Positions 1 to 13,391 of a stretch of DNA of 57,910 nucleotides are shown here, piece after piece (within the stretch, counting starts at the first letter, position 1; the number at the start of each line of letters is the position of its first letter). Source of the DNA: Asterionella formosa (Eukaryota). The translations under genes and the position numbers were made by a program. The stretch is from contig NKIB01013421.1 of NCBI GenBank assembly GCA_002256025.1, positions 1 to 57,910 of the forward strand, given 5' to 3'. Below the pieces are notes generated by a model. That model had not been told where the DNA came from and did no database searches. It worked only from the letters and a program-made list of their open reading frames with translations.

Positions 1-137
1 GTTAAAACTTCACATGAAACCGTTAAAAGTAATCTTTTTTACGTGAAGAGTGGCATTAATGCATGTGAAGTACCACATAATTAACACTCATACGTAGACG
101 AAATTTCGAAAAGTGGCGTATTTCGCGGCTTAGATGT
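1..137. repeat. Terminal repeat, exact reverse complement of 57689..57825; probable end (TIR) of a DNA transposon whose body lies outside the window
   Basis: gttaaaacttcacatg...cggcttagatgt matches acatctaagccg...catgtgaagttttaac base for base; identity stops abruptly at 137/57689. Confidence 0.9.
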
Positions 138-767
138 TGCTAGCTATGCGACTTGCCAAAGCAAATGAAACGTTTATTTCTTAATGGCAAATGGCCCTCA
201 TCCAACACTAAACCTTCAACATTGGAAAAACAATCATCAAAGCATGAGAGTTAGCTTTCCAGTGCTGAATATTGCTGGCACTGATGCCATGATACTTACA
301 TGCACCAGCTCTGATGTTGCTGTGGAGTTGTTCCCATGCTTCATCTATCAAGTCGCATTTTTCTTGCAAGCCGGAGAACTTTGATGTTGGAGGGGAGTTC
401 CTATGCTTCATCTGTGATGTCGCGTTTTTCTTGCAAGCAGAAGAACTACCGGTATCTCATTTTTCACTTTATTGAGATGATCATTTAATATATTGATTGG
501 AAAAATGCGCGCCATCCTGTGGAACTAATAGAATTTCCGTTGGTTTAGTACGGGGTATATACCGGTAGTATAAGGGAAATCTCTTATTGTCCGCGCTGGA
601 TCGCCCCAAGCCGTAAAATCAGTCAAATCGACGAGGGGGCAAGGACAAATTCAAATTTGCTTTTTATCATAAAAGAATAGCTACATAGCTACTGGTTGTA
701 CTAGTGTTTTTAATTTATTTGGTACTCCAATTATGTACCGGTACTCGCCTTCTTGGGCCTTGTCATC

Positions 768-1442
768 ATGACTCTCTCGTGCTTGCTTCTCCTCTCCCTG
801 TTACGCTCCGCCTCTACATATCCAAACTTTGCGGCTGACTGTCCAGCAGGAAAGGCTGCAGCTGAAGGACACAACCCTACTAGCACAACCGGAACATTTG
901 AACAAGCCGGATATTCGGTAACTCTGAATGGAGCTCCCCTTGTGGCCGGGCAACCTGCTATCTTTGATGTGGGTGTCGACAACTTGCTCGTACTTGCAGG
1001 CACATCAGCATTTCGTGGATTTCTCCTGCGCCTTGGAACTGGATCATCGACCGCATCAACGTTTTCCTCCATAAGTGGAGGGAATGATACAAATGTGCAG
1101 GTGGCTACTGTCTGCGGCTATTTTGGAGGAGTTTGCCACAACTCCAACAGCGACAAGAGTAGCATTACAGCAAAGCTCAACATGGCAGAATCTTCTAATG
1201 ACATGCCCTTGGATGTGACTGTTGTGGTGTTGAACAGTGGCGGTGTTAGTGAATACTACTACACAGCTTATACCATTTCCGCGCAAGCAATGTCCACCCC
1301 AGTCGCTCCCTCTGTATTAGCTCCAACGATCTCTCCCACCACACCTTCCCCAACCTCTAGTGCCATGAGTATTGGAAGGAGCTGTGGTTTGACTGTTGTT
1401 GCTAATGCAATTGCTGTTGCTACTATCTTCGGACCATTTTGA
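768..1442 (+). CDS. Secreted/surface Reeler-like domain protein with S/T/P-rich stalk and hydrophobic C-terminus (possible GPI anchor)
   Basis: ATG at 768, hydrophobic signal peptide, Reeler-like pattern (YPN..C, FRGFLLR, VCHNSNSDKS), PTISPTTPSPT linker, hydrophobic tail. Confidence 0.7.
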   Translation: MTLSCLLLLSLLRSASTYPNFAADCPAGKAAAEGHNPTSTTGTFEQAGYSVTLNGAPLVAGQPAIFDVGVDNLLVLAGTSAFRGFLLRLGTGSSTASTFSSISGGNDTNVQVATVCGYFGGVCHNSNSDKSSITAKLNMAESSNDMPLDVTVVVLNSGGVSEYYYTAYTISAQAMSTPVAPSVLAPTISPTTPSPTSSAMSIGRSCGLTVVANAIAVATIFGPF

Positions 1443-1914
1443 TTAGTGTTGTTTTGTACCAGTATTGTATGGACAAGCGCAGCTTATTATGTTTACAATA
1501 TTTTGTTACGGTATTGGCTACTTGGCAATATAGACGCAAAATAAGAGAAGTTGACCTTCTTTATGTTTCCATTGCATGTATTGCAATTATTGTTCGCATT
1601 TGCAATTCATTTCTGTATTTAATAATAACAAAAGTCACTGATGCCATTTACTTTAATAGTTAGACAAGGTGAGTGCTCAAGTATGTGTGTTGTTCATAAT
1701 GTCAATACATCTAGTTACGTAATGGCAAAGCGATCAGATATACGAACCCATCAGTGCTTTGAATGGAACACTTAAGAAAACTCGAAAGTGAAACACAGTA
1801 GGAGCAAACATTCTATTTGAATCATTAATGCTTGCATGTAGCATCTAAGTTGTGTAGTAGGAGTGAGTAGGTGTGACAGCTTTGGCATTGAATGAGCGCA
1901 CGTGGCTTGTTGGT

Positions 1915-3123
1915 TTAAGATGAATCAATCAACACCTTTGCCGCCTTGTTCTTTCGCTTGGGAACAACAACATCCTCCCAAATATCTTGCTTTCGAGCTT
2001 TTTCTTTTTCGAAGAGGGCAATTCGCTCTTCTTCCTCATGAAGCATCAATGCAAGATCTTCATCACTAATGGCATTTATTTTCTTTGTTTCAAATCCTTC
2101 GGCTGCTTTCTCTTTCACCACTTGCTTGGTGACCTTTTTGGCCTTAGTCTTTCTCGACTTCAATGCTGGTGGCAGCTCGTCCGGCACGACAGGGGGCTCA
2201 ACCATTTCATGCACGACCAAGGGAGTCACCTGTAGTTCAGACAGGACAGGTTCTGCATCAACGTATGGCGCTTCTGGCTGGGTTGAGATCTTGACTACTT
2301 CGAGCTTCTCAGGTAGAGCATGAGCCGCAAGCTTGTCCTTGCTGACAGGAAGCCAACCTTCTTCAGTGGGAGAACTGACATTGACATCAACATCCAAGGA
2401 GGACTCCACAACGGGGAATTCATTAAGTGGTGCAACGCCATTTTTTCCCGGAGAGACTCCACCATCAGTACTGGACGATCCATCGGTTGAAATAGAATCC
2501 GGCGAATCCGGCGCCTCTTTGATTGGTGGCGACGCTACCTTTTTGCTTGCCTTTTTGACTCGAGCGTTTGAGGTCGCCTTTTTCTTCGCAACTTGTTCAT
2601 TCTTCACCACAACAATATTATTCCATTCAATCCCATCGATAGTCGGAGTCTTTTCTTTGTCGACGACATTTCGAACTGACCGAGTGCTGCCCTTGCCCGC
2701 CTTCTTTCCTTTGGCTTTTCCTTTTGTGGAAACCTTCCCTCCTTTGGTAGGAGCAGCAGCAGCTGAAAGAGCTGGCCCAACTAACGCTTTGCGCAACTGA
2801 TAGACGCCAGCTCCAAGTAATACCAACAAAATGATCCACTGCTTGACAGGAACTCCTTCCTCCATCATGGCCTTGAGGTGCTGAGGATATGCCTTCTGTT
2901 CGGCCTTGGCGGGAATTTTTGGTTCCGCACCTTTCGCCTTTGCCGCGTGGGCCATTCCAACCAATTCTGGATTTTCGTACAAGGCTTTCATGACAGCCTC
3001 TTGATCCAACGCCGAACCATCGTTGCTGCTTTGCACTAACTTTGGTGGCGTTGTCTTCTTATCCCCACCTTCTGTCCGAATATCCAAACTGCTCGAAGGG
3101 GGACGAGCTCTCTTCTGTCCCAT
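1915..3123 (-). CDS. Unknown single-pass membrane protein with K/E-rich disordered tail
   Basis: Long ORF; one hydrophobic segment WIILLVLLGAGVY; DEDLALMLHEEE resembles a ubiquitin-interacting motif; start uncertain (ATG 3123 or 3162). Confidence 0.7.
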   Translation of the reverse strand: MGQKRARPPSSSLDIRTEGGDKKTTPPKLVQSSNDGSALDQEAVMKALYENPELVGMAHAAKAKGAEPKIPAKAEQKAYPQHLKAMMEEGVPVKQWIILLVLLGAGVYQLRKALVGPALSAAAAPTKGGKVSTKGKAKGKKAGKGSTRSVRNVVDKEKTPTIDGIEWNNIVVVKNEQVAKKKATSNARVKKASKKVASPPIKEAPDSPDSISTDGSSSTDGGVSPGKNGVAPLNEFPVVESSLDVDVNVSSPTEEGWLPVSKDKLAAHALPEKLEVVKISTQPEAPYVDAEPVLSELQVTPLVVHEMVEPPVVPDELPPALKSRKTKAKKVTKQVVKEKAAEGFETKKINAISDEDLALMLHEEEERIALFEKEKARKQDIWEDVVVPKRKNKAAKVLIDSS

Positions 3124-6100
3124 AATGTCCGCCTCCGGAACGATGTTTTCTTGGAGTCTCATATGGGTGTGTCGTTGTTTACTGTTGAATGAATGCTGGG
3201 TACAACGTTGACCTGTGTTTCTGATTTGCCACGGGATCAAAAGCTCTGAAGTGAAACAGAAAGGACGGGGCAGCATTGAGTCAGACCATGCGCGACAAAC
3301 TGCACAAGCTCCATGAATGCGCACTGCTCTATAGACGCTATCGATTGTCCTTGATCAAGGGATTTACCGATATTCATATAGCCAAAGGCCGCTGTACGAT
3401 TGATGGCAATTGATTCCCTTTCTGGAAAATCAACCTTCTTCATCGGCGATCTTCCCTCGCAATACTCAGTCACTCACTCTCTCACTTCCATTCATTCATA
3501 CATACATACATCCACTGCTGGAGAAGAAAGCAACAATCAGAACAGAGCACTTACAATGACAACGAATAGGAACGACAATGTGATTGAGGAGTACCAGGTA
3601 CTACAAAAATAGAAACAAGATCGATGGATTATTTGCATGGTTCTTTACAAAATTGGTAGACATGAATATACAGAGGGGGTACTGTACCAGATACTGTACC
3701 GTAGTCGTTTTGTTCTCACAACAATACCAGGTACCAGGTACGGAGTAAATCATCATAGCTGCTACGACTCCTACACTATTTTTTGCACATGATGACATGG
3801 AGGCAATATTATTTTTGAGCGTTTGGTTTGAATCGGTTACCGGTACTCCTGTTAGCTGGTATTTACACACAGGAACATCAGTGCACGACACCCCTGCGAA
3901 TGCAAGTCAGGATTCGCTTCGCTCGGGAAGTCACCATCAGCCCCCAGCGCAGGCAGGCAGGAGGACGATGCATTCGGTCAACAAACATACTAGATTTGTA
4001 CCGGTACACACCAGTAGACTACAGGTATATTTGTACAGAGGACATGTTGAATAGCTCGCGCAGTAATACTACCGGTAGCACTTCGCCTTCCAGCTGTCGA
4101 GCAAGAATAAACGAAGAATAAATACATCATACCGCACCGGTAGTACATCGACTACCAGGTACTCTATAGCGGTACCAGGTACCAGCCATACACTTAAATT
4201 GCTGACGCACGTGTGTAGTCAATCACATGTACCGGTATTTCCAGTTTACCCACCACTCCTGTTCGAGGCAAATACCGGCAGTGCGTAAAAGATAATCCGT
4301 AGGTGATGCATTTTTGGTGAATACATTTTTCCACAGCCAGAGGTACAAAATGTTCTCCGCACCAAGTTGTACGTCAGACATTCCATGAATCAAAACATCT
4401 GCTACCGTACGTACGTATGCGCGAACATTTCAACTTGTCGTATTGCTTTCTATGTTAAGCATTCCGGTAGTCTGCAGTATTTGTAATTTACTATGTAAAA
4501 AATGCATGATGTGTTTGATGACCATGCTGCCAACTTCATACAATTGTGACTCAGTCAAGTTGACTCCATCTGCTAACATGATGGAATCCTAAGATCTGTA
4601 TGCTTTCCTTGTAGTATTGCACTACCAAAACTGACAATCCTCTCTTGTTCTCTACATTTGATTTACTACTGCTGGTACATTACTTTGTGTTCATCCTTTA
4701 TTGTTCAATTGCGTATGTGGGTCAAAATCATCAGTCGAAAGTAGGAGGGAACATGGGTTGTAAGTTATCTATGATGGTGAAGAGTTTGCAAATGTTTTCT
4801 TATGGAGCCCTGTCATTTTTCATGAAATTTTCTCTAGTTAAATATGCTACACTATAGTCTAGTACTACTGCTGATGAAAAGTGTTATTGTTGGTGATTAT
4901 TGTCACTTTCTTTGTAAGGTCATCATGATGCTGCAGCAGAGCCGTACATATCAGGCAGAAATAAGTTTATTCTTGATGAAGCAAATAAAACCTTGCCATA
5001 ATAAAAAGACGTTTCCTTACCATGCATGAAAGGGAAAAATGTATCATTGATTACTAGGCATAGTACAGCACACTTAGCAACATCAATTTCACTGCATGGA
5101 TGTGAAGCCTTCAAATTTTCATCACCATTAGAAGGTACCTCTTGAAGCTGTTTGTCAGCTGCACTATTACCTAGTAGCTACCCAAGGAATGACTTCATGG
5201 TAAAACCATGATAGTACCTTTCATTTGAAGTTGCATGGTTTGATTCCCAGAACTTTTTTGAGAAGCAATTGTTACCTTACCATCCCTCACAGTCTTGCCT
5301 TGGGTGTTTGAGAAAGTGAGTCCCATTATGAGTCATGTTTCATTCATTTGGTAAGAGAGTATATAAAAGGATAGTATGCTTTATAGTAGCCCATTTGTAC
5401 TCCCCTATTTCTAGGCAAGTCTTTCATTGTGCTACCTGCTAACAAGACCAATGCATCCCAAGCTAGTTTTGTTAGCATAGGTGAGTCCTCAACCACGATT
5501 TGCAAAAGGTGATTGTCATAGCCGCAGCGTTAAGGGAAACTCCAACCGCCTAGGAAGGCAGCACAAGCTGCTTGTAGGGGGGGGGGGCAACCCACTACTT
5601 CTTGCACACCAAGCAAGACTGTGTGGGATGGTAAGGAGTGTGGGAGTCAAACCCAACAATTGCTTCTCAAAACATTGCAGGAATTGAACCTCACAAGAAC
5701 CTCAGATCAAAGGCAATTTGCTAAACCACTAAGCCATTCCCTAAGTAAGAGAGTATATAAACATGCACATACACATGGGAATGGCTTAGTTGGTTAGCTC
5801 ACCTTCCAAGGTGGTGGGCTTGATTCCCACATTCTACCTTCTTTGTTTATGTACTCCCTTGGAGTCCAGGTGGTGAGGCAGATAACAAGCAGGTCTAAGG
5901 CCCTCTGGGGGGTCAAGTGTGACTTCACAACCTCCTCAATTGCCGAGATCTTCAACAATAGCATGCATATTATATAGTTTACTTGACAATTTTTATACAT
6001 ACACCACATAATTAAATAGTTCACCAAATTTCTAAAGAAGTAGAAACGCAAAATATCTTCTTGGAAAAATGGCAATGCCCAAGATAGATAACAAAACAAG

Positions 6101-6144
6101 TCAACAAAAGCTATCAGAATAAATTCTTTTCTACTTGAGCAATT

Positions 6145-7161
6145 TTAGTCATTTACATCATTTGTGGATGCCCCACATGATGACAAAATATAATCACTCC
6201 ATGATGGGGGAACACACAACCACAAATTCTCGTCTGTGTCTCCAATAGAATCATTCCATGATTCTGCCTTTACTTGAATTGTTGAATGACGTTTGCCATT
6301 CAATGTATCCGTAACACTTACTTCTGTTCTTGTCAATTTGCGATTATACAACACACGAGATGTGGTAGTGACAATAGTCCCATTGGCAAGATTTTTTGTT
6401 GATCCAGTCCATTGCTTGGTAGATTTGGTTGAATCGAAATGTGCATATTGTTTGTCATCCGTCACCTCTATTTTGTCAAAAATGGCGCTTCCAAAGACAT
6501 TTTCGAAAACAGAATATGGATTAGTAAATGGTTGATACCGCCGTGCCTTGTATAGCAAGTGCAATGGTCCTCCATACAGTCGATTTGTTTCTTCTACACT
6601 GTAATGAATTTCGTCGTCACCAGTTGTACTCGAGCTGCTCGATGAAAGAAGACCTGGTAGTCCTTCATCAGAGTCATCCTGCGGCGAGGAACACGTCGTG
6701 TCATTCTGTTGTTTCCTCGTGGATGTCCACGGGACGGATAATAACGGCTTGCCTCCCACTAAAATTTCTCCGCCCAACATGAAATTGCGTTCCAACTGAT
6801 ACACCAAGACATCATACCGTTGCCTATGGTCATTGTCCTGTAGCGTTTCATAGCATGCCGCAACGTTTCTAAAAATTTGAAACCGACGTACTTGTTCTGT
6901 CTTGTCGTTACATCGGCCTGGATGGTGCCACAACGCCAATCGTCGGTATGCTTCTCGAAGCTCACTTGGAGTTGCATCTCGACGTACTTGCAAAACATGG
7001 TATGGATTGACGGCGTTTTCTTGTCGAGGAAGTTTTGTTCCTTGTGTGGAGTGATCGTTGCCATTTCGCATCTCGTCGTCGCTGGCATGGCAACATGATA
7101 GATTCATAATGATGTCACAGAAGCTGACATTAGCAAGGGACACTGTGGACCAAGAGGACAT
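6145..7161 (-). CDS. J-domain-like (DNAJB6-type) protein with HPD replaced by HPG
   Basis: NPYHVLQV..ELREAYRRLALWHHPGR..F..VAACYETLQD..R.RYD; FTNPYSVFENVFG helix; S/T-rich beta-type C-terminus. Confidence 0.85.
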   Translation of the reverse strand: MSSWSTVSLANVSFCDIIMNLSCCHASDDEMRNGNDHSTQGTKLPRQENAVNPYHVLQVRRDATPSELREAYRRLALWHHPGRCNDKTEQVRRFQIFRNVAACYETLQDNDHRQRYDVLVYQLERNFMLGGEILVGGKPLLSVPWTSTRKQQNDTTCSSPQDDSDEGLPGLLSSSSSSTTGDDEIHYSVEETNRLYGGPLHLLYKARRYQPFTNPYSVFENVFGSAIFDKIEVTDDKQYAHFDSTKSTKQWTGSTKNLANGTIVTTTSRVLYNRKLTRTEVSVTDTLNGKRHSTIQVKAESWNDSIGDTDENLWLCVPPSWSDYILSSCGASTNDVND

Positions 7162-8509
7162 GATTAATTAGTCGCTGAACCGAATGTTGGTGAAAGAATA
7201 CCGCTACAGCATGGCTTCGCCCCTACACGAGCACTGTGTTGGCGATGGACTGGAAGGATAACTGTACTACTGTCGTGGATGCGATTGAGAGACGGGGCAC
7301 ATGATGATGCAATTCATTTGACGAGGAATATGACTTGAAACAAAATGAATCTGTTACATGAAGTTGCTCCTGAAGAATCACGCTTAGTTTACGAGTTGGT
7401 CGTGCAGTGGCTGTGGCATGGATGTTCCGTCAGGTGGGTACATGGTACTGTACGAGGTACCTGGTACCAGGCACTGTGGGACTCGTTCTTAACACACTCC
7501 GGAATTCGTGAATATGTACCTGGGGAAGTACGGTAGTATATACCAGGTAAAAATTAAAACAGAACACGTTTTCAATTTTTCGACAACCGAGACAATGAGG
7601 CAGGGGACAGGCTTGCTGTAATGAGACACACATACACGTATAAATACCCGAATGTACTGTATGCAGCCAATCAGCGAGACGACAAACCAGGTAACAGATA
7701 ACCTGTACTCAACTGAGGGCCAAGAAACCCGGATATTCAACATTTGAAATACCATCAAGCGACGATGGAAGGCGACAATGGCTACATGGATACATACGCC
7801 CAATTTGCATTGCCATATTGATGAGTGATGTGAAGTGGACAATCAATGAAAGACACTTACATCAAATAGAGCAACGGGTGGAAGATGAAATCACCTCCTT
7901 TATCTATTGACCTTCCGACAGGCTGAAGCAACTTGAGGTAGAAATGGGATTGGAGTGAATGATGTGAGGGAGAATCGGCTTTTCTTGTTCTACCAGTATG
8001 TTAGTCGCGTACTGGATACTACTTAGGAGAATCGTCTGACCGTCGAGCGATGAGCTGCAATATTGTATAGCTACATTTAGAAACCTATTCGATACTTAAG
8101 CCGTCAGTGTATCCTTTTGGCGATTCTCTTCCGTTGCGTCTACCGGAATATAGTCTCGTGTGGTATGGATATGTCGCTGTGGTGCGTGAGGGGGCTGAAT
8201 CATGTTCAAAAAATGGAGTGGGACCTGGTACAAGGTAAAACAGAGTACCGGTTCCTGCTGTTGTCTACGCAACTAACCTTAGTAACCAACAACCTTGTAG
8301 GTATGATCTGGAGAACCGGTAGGATGGAATAGTGCATGATGGATGGAACATAATTTTCTCTACACCAGCAATACGTATAACGGGCTACCGGTAATCTCAA
8401 TCGTGGCCTCATTCCTCAGAATGTAATAGCATACCGGTATTCAGTGTAGCGTTCTATGTAAATGTCCCTGACTACCGGTATATTATCTATACCCGTTGCC
8501 TCTTTCGTT

Positions 8510-9434
8510 TTATGCGCTAGTCACCAACAACAGTGTGTCTTTTTGCAACAAATCTGCCGTAATAGCATACAACGTTGCCAAACTCTTAGTCGCACTGCTC
8601 GAAAAGGCATTTCGTAATTGTCGTTCATCCACTTGTTTGACTGCCTCCAGTTGTCGTAATCGCAAGAGCAGCCCATCCATCTCTTCTTCATTAATACTCC
8701 AATCTCCACTATTATCCGACCGAATCACGGCAGTTAAGATTTGTTGCAATACTTGAGTTTCTTGCAGTACCTTCATTTCCTTTTGTATCTTAGCATTGTC
8801 ATCGACGAGACGTGCCAAGTTCTGGGCGGATGTACCCTGTGCTTGACAGAGGGACTGAAAGGAATCTTCCACCCCTAACAGACGTTGACATTGTGTCTCC
8901 AATACATTGACCGAGTGATGAAGTTGAGTGTTTTCGTTCGACATGCGATTTACTTCGCAACGAATGTCATTATGTTCTTGTCGCAGTGCTAAAAAGTATA
9001 TTTGTGTTAGAGTATCTTAATCGAGGAATGCTGCTTGCATTGTACAAACGAGAGACTCACTTGGCAATTTGTTGAGCCTTCGTCGTTGAGAAATGACAGT
9101 AGGAGCGGTAATTAGAGGAAATATAAAGGCCAAGTAGGCAACGGCCGACGCTTCAATGTACATAGCAAGGAGTGCTGTGACAACTGTTTGTATACAAAGT
9201 GAGTAATTAATATAATATTAAACAGCACAAGGTTGCCATCAAATCAAACGTACTACTTGCTGCTGCCACACATCCAGAAATAACAGTCCAGGTATGATTC
9301 CTTCGTTCTTCGTGTTGTCGTCGAATGGCCGCGGCTTCCTCAGATTCGAATTTGGAAGTAACACTATCAGCCATAGAATAGGCTGTCACAACGCTGCCCG
9401 TCTGGTAGAGAATAGGAGGAACGTACGATGACAT
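8510..9434 (-). CDS. Three-exon unknown protein (260 aa): two hydrophobic segments, coiled coil, EF-hand-like loop
   Basis: Exons 9434-9254, 9183-9061, 8988-8510 joined by GT-AG introns (9253-9184, 9060-8989) give 783 nt in frame; DNSGDWSINEEE resembles an EF-hand loop. Confidence 0.75.
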
Positions 9435-12345
9435 GGTGTGATGGTGCTGATTCAGTAGTAGAATTGTTGCAGTAATTGTAAGAAAACAGCCACTAGCTAT
9501 GATCCCAACACAAAGTGCTTCGAAGGTCCGAAGGAGGGCAAAAAAAAGGAAGGCATTGCTTTCGGACAAAATGCGAAGATTGACTCAAACGATCACGACC
9601 TGTTCTTGGGCGTCGTAGAAACTTATTCGTTTTTTGCTTCCTTTATGGGCTAAATAACTCGCAAATCCCAACGAATCATTCGAAGATTAATCTTCGTTCG
9701 CCCGAAGATTTCGACTTCACTGTTTAATTGTGGCCCTGTGGGGGTGGTTCAAGGGGGTAAAAAGTGAAATATACAATCTCCTACCTGTGGTACAAGTGAC
9801 TGCCTCAGGGCTTCGACTAGGAGATTGGTTTGATCGAATTCTGGATTGTCTGAGAAAACTTGGATTGACCAATGGAAAGGGGCTCCAGGGCGCAGCGGCA
9901 CTGGATGGGAAGCAACTAAGTTGGGACACTATGCAGAAGCATTCTATCAGTGCTTGGAGGGGTCTTGTATTTCCTCTTTCATCCTTTACCTTAGTAAAAT
10001 TAAACCGCAACTGTTGTCACAGACCCAATCTTGTCGGCTATATGTAAGTGACCTGTCTCAATCCGTCAAACTCATACTACACAGCCCAAATAGTGACAGT
10101 AGAAATAGGGGGCGAAAGTCCCACCACTCTAACCCAAAGATTATACTTGAGTCACCTAAATAGATAACCAAAACCAAAGCTGAACGAGCATCTGTCATTA
10201 CCTGATACCATTGGCAGGGTAGCTGGTTTAACTATTCCAGGGAAGGGGGTGGGAAACAACTTTTCTTCTTCTCACTATCAATGAAGACCAAGTGAGTAAA
10301 GCCTGATCAAGTGCTTTCTTACCAATCTTAATGACTGAGGTTCAACAATTAACAAAGACGACTTGCAAGCTCATCAGAATTCAAGGTGGTGTGATTATTA
10401 CTCACCCAATCATGATCATTGGTATCTACACGTGCGTAGTTTTAATATTAGTGCTCCCCAATTTCCCATTTTTCTAGCTTGATTTAGTGCCTGTATGCAC
10501 TCCACGTACTTTCCACGTAAGTACCTAGAATGGAAAGGGATGGCACCATTTCTTTCCATAGAATCTGTACCGCCTACCTTATCACCCCATGGGCCAGCAT
10601 CTAATTCCCAATTTCTTTGAGCTCCCCTGAAGTTCCATACCTTTCCAACCTTCTTAGCTTTTCAGCAGCACGCAAGGAGCGCGCTGTTGACTCCCCCATA
10701 TCATTTTGGCAAACGAAGATTGTCTCCACCAATCAGAATGTTTACCATGTAGATAATATCTCCGGATCTATAACGATTCATTACCATCATACACCGGAAA
10801 TACTACTATACTAACAAATGTATGCAGTACATGTATATTAATACATGATACTAGGTATAATGAAATAATTGCAAAATCACGGATTCTAGCTTTGTTACAT
10901 TGGTTAATGAGATCCTTCAGTTTGCTCTACTTTGTCTTTTTATTGCTTTCGAAGGTGCTCGCAATTGACAGTATTTCCATAAACATGTGGTTGGGCGAAC
11001 AAGAGCGAAAATCCATATGAAAAAGACGGAATATATTGATACAAGACCTTCAGCCAATTGTTTGTTTCCAAGGCATTGGCCTCAAGGACATGGCTGGGTT
11101 ACACAGCAAATGAGGTTCTTCGGCCATCGGTTTAGTGGTAGGCAGCCAGCACTCCGAGTACCAGGGGGGTTACCAGGTATACTAGTGCTTACCAGTATAC
11201 ATAGAGCTATTAATAGTATGGCTGGATGCATCATGAAACTGCATTGGGTAGCCATTGCAGCTACTGGTACAAAATAATTCTGGCTACTACCAGTACAACA
11301 TAATTTTAGCTTAAGTAAAATGTTCTATATAAATAACATACATATGTATAAAGTTTATGTACACATGCATCCGCGATCTTGTTGTTGTCGTTGTTGCATT
11401 CATTCATGATGAACATGAAATCGAAGTCCATTGCGCAGTGATGGGTGTGAAATTGTTGTTGTATCTTCATTGCAACTTCTACATGATCTTATTTGAGACA
11501 TTCCTGCACAGTTTCAACTCCAGCTTGCCCACTATCAAGCTCAAGAGTGTGAAACCATTGGTCATGTGGGCATGGATCTCCATGCCAAACAAAAAATAGT
11601 TCATATAAAAAGCAAAATGTGTCGTCCTGTGGTGCCGCTTCCGGTGTTTAATAGTAATGCTAGCTTCTCATGGAGGAAAGAAAGCTATTTGAAGCAGCAC
11701 AGGAGGATTTTCTATTGTTGAGTTAAGCAACAGAATAATAACAACATGGTGGATGTGATTATAACATCATGCCATTCCAGGCGCCAAATCCCCATAGGTT
11801 TAGGGTTTATGCTAATACTACTACCGGTAGGCCAACAGGGTCACAACCCGGTGGCCCCAAAAATTGCATCCAGCCATATGCAAATGACGAAAGCTAAGCC
11901 ATGCGTACTGTATTCAAATCCATGTACCGGTATGTACCGGACTAAATTCGATTTCCATCGAATTCACATGTACCACCGTTACGTGGGCGGAACCAACGTA
12001 GAAAACCACAAAGGTTTGTACTACCGGTGTTCTTAGGCGCGCCGTATCTTGCTGATGAGGCATCCTACCTGGTAGTACATCCTGTGATTCGCATTCTTGT
12101 TTAAACTCAACTAGTCTACCGGTACCGGTAATTAATTAAACAACAGGTAACATAGACTACCGGTATTCTTTACATTATTACTCACGCACAACATAAATGC
12201 ATTTACCGCTATGCAATTTGTGTGATCATCCTGGACCACGATCACTTCATCGGGATTGTTGTTGCCATCATTGTGTGCATTATCTGTTGACTCATATTAT
12301 CAACTACCTCGCTTTGAAGGATATTAAAATACTCTGCCCGTCATC

Positions 12346-13122
12346 ATGGACGACAACAATGACAATCCTTATGACATTTTAGGAGTTGACAAGTCAAGTA
12401 CGGCGCAACAAATCAAAGCAGCGTATCGGAAGTTAGCTCTGGCACATCATCCTGATAAACAAACAACAGAACAAGATAGGCAAACAGCCACACTTCTTTT
12501 TTCAAAGATTAGTAACGCGTATGAAATTTTAGGAGACGAACGAGCACGTCGAGAATACGATCAACAGCAACAAGAACAATATGTGCATCCGACCTACTCC
12601 AATCAGCACTACCACTTTCATGATCCATTTCAAGTATTTGCTCAAGTGTTCAGAGACGAATTTCATGGATCTCAACAAAATGGATTCTTTCCACCAGGTC
12701 ATGGCTTTCCTTCCATGTTCGGGAATGATCCGTTCTTTCAGCAAGGGTCCATGTTTGCTCATGCCTTTAATGATCCATTCTTTCGCGATCCATTTCAACA
12801 AATGCAAGGGTTTCAGCAACAGCAGCAATCGATCTTTTCAGACATGCAACGTCAACAAATGCAGCAAATGAGCTACAACAATGGTGGTGGAAATGTGCAA
12901 TCCTTTTCGTCATCGTCGTCGTCGTCGACACGAATGGGTCCAAATGGAACTCGAGAACAAATCAATACGACCATCATTAACGGGCAGAAAACTGTTGAAA
13001 CAATCATTACGAATCCTGATGGATCGATAGAACGACATGTTCAAACAAATGGACCGCAACAGCAGCAACAATTGGAAGGAACAGCGTCAAGGCGACGATT
13101 GGAGGGGTCAGCTCGTCGATGA
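12346..13122 (+). CDS. DnaJ/Hsp40 co-chaperone, DNAJB6-like
   Basis: NPYDILGV..YRKLALAHHPDK J-domain with intact HPD, FHDPFQVFAQVF helix, G/F- and Q-rich region, S/T-rich C-terminus. Confidence 0.92.
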   Translation: MDDNNDNPYDILGVDKSSTAQQIKAAYRKLALAHHPDKQTTEQDRQTATLLFSKISNAYEILGDERARREYDQQQQEQYVHPTYSNQHYHFHDPFQVFAQVFRDEFHGSQQNGFFPPGHGFPSMFGNDPFFQQGSMFAHAFNDPFFRDPFQQMQGFQQQQQSIFSDMQRQQMQQMSYNNGGGNVQSFSSSSSSSTRMGPNGTREQINTTIINGQKTVETIITNPDGSIERHVQTNGPQQQQQLEGTASRRRLEGSARR

Positions 13123-13391
13123 TGACAGAAATGTTTGCATTCTATTGCGTTTTATTGGTCAAACCCAAAGGAACCAATGAAGTTCTGGTCAGATTCCCGT
13201 GCTGATAGCGAATGGATGTTAAGCCCTTTTTACAAAACTCAACTTAGTTTAGACTCAGGAACCATTTGCATTGATAAATGTAAACAATAGTACTTTAAAT
13301 GACCAGTGAAGATACATCATGTATATATTCGTCATGTTAGTTTGTACAAACGAAGCTGCCAAAAGAACGGAGGACGGAGCATTGATGCTGT

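Noticed and set aside
9700..11700. Short ORFs suggesting a gene or retroelement
   Set aside because: No recognisable domain or consistent frame; likely decayed repeat
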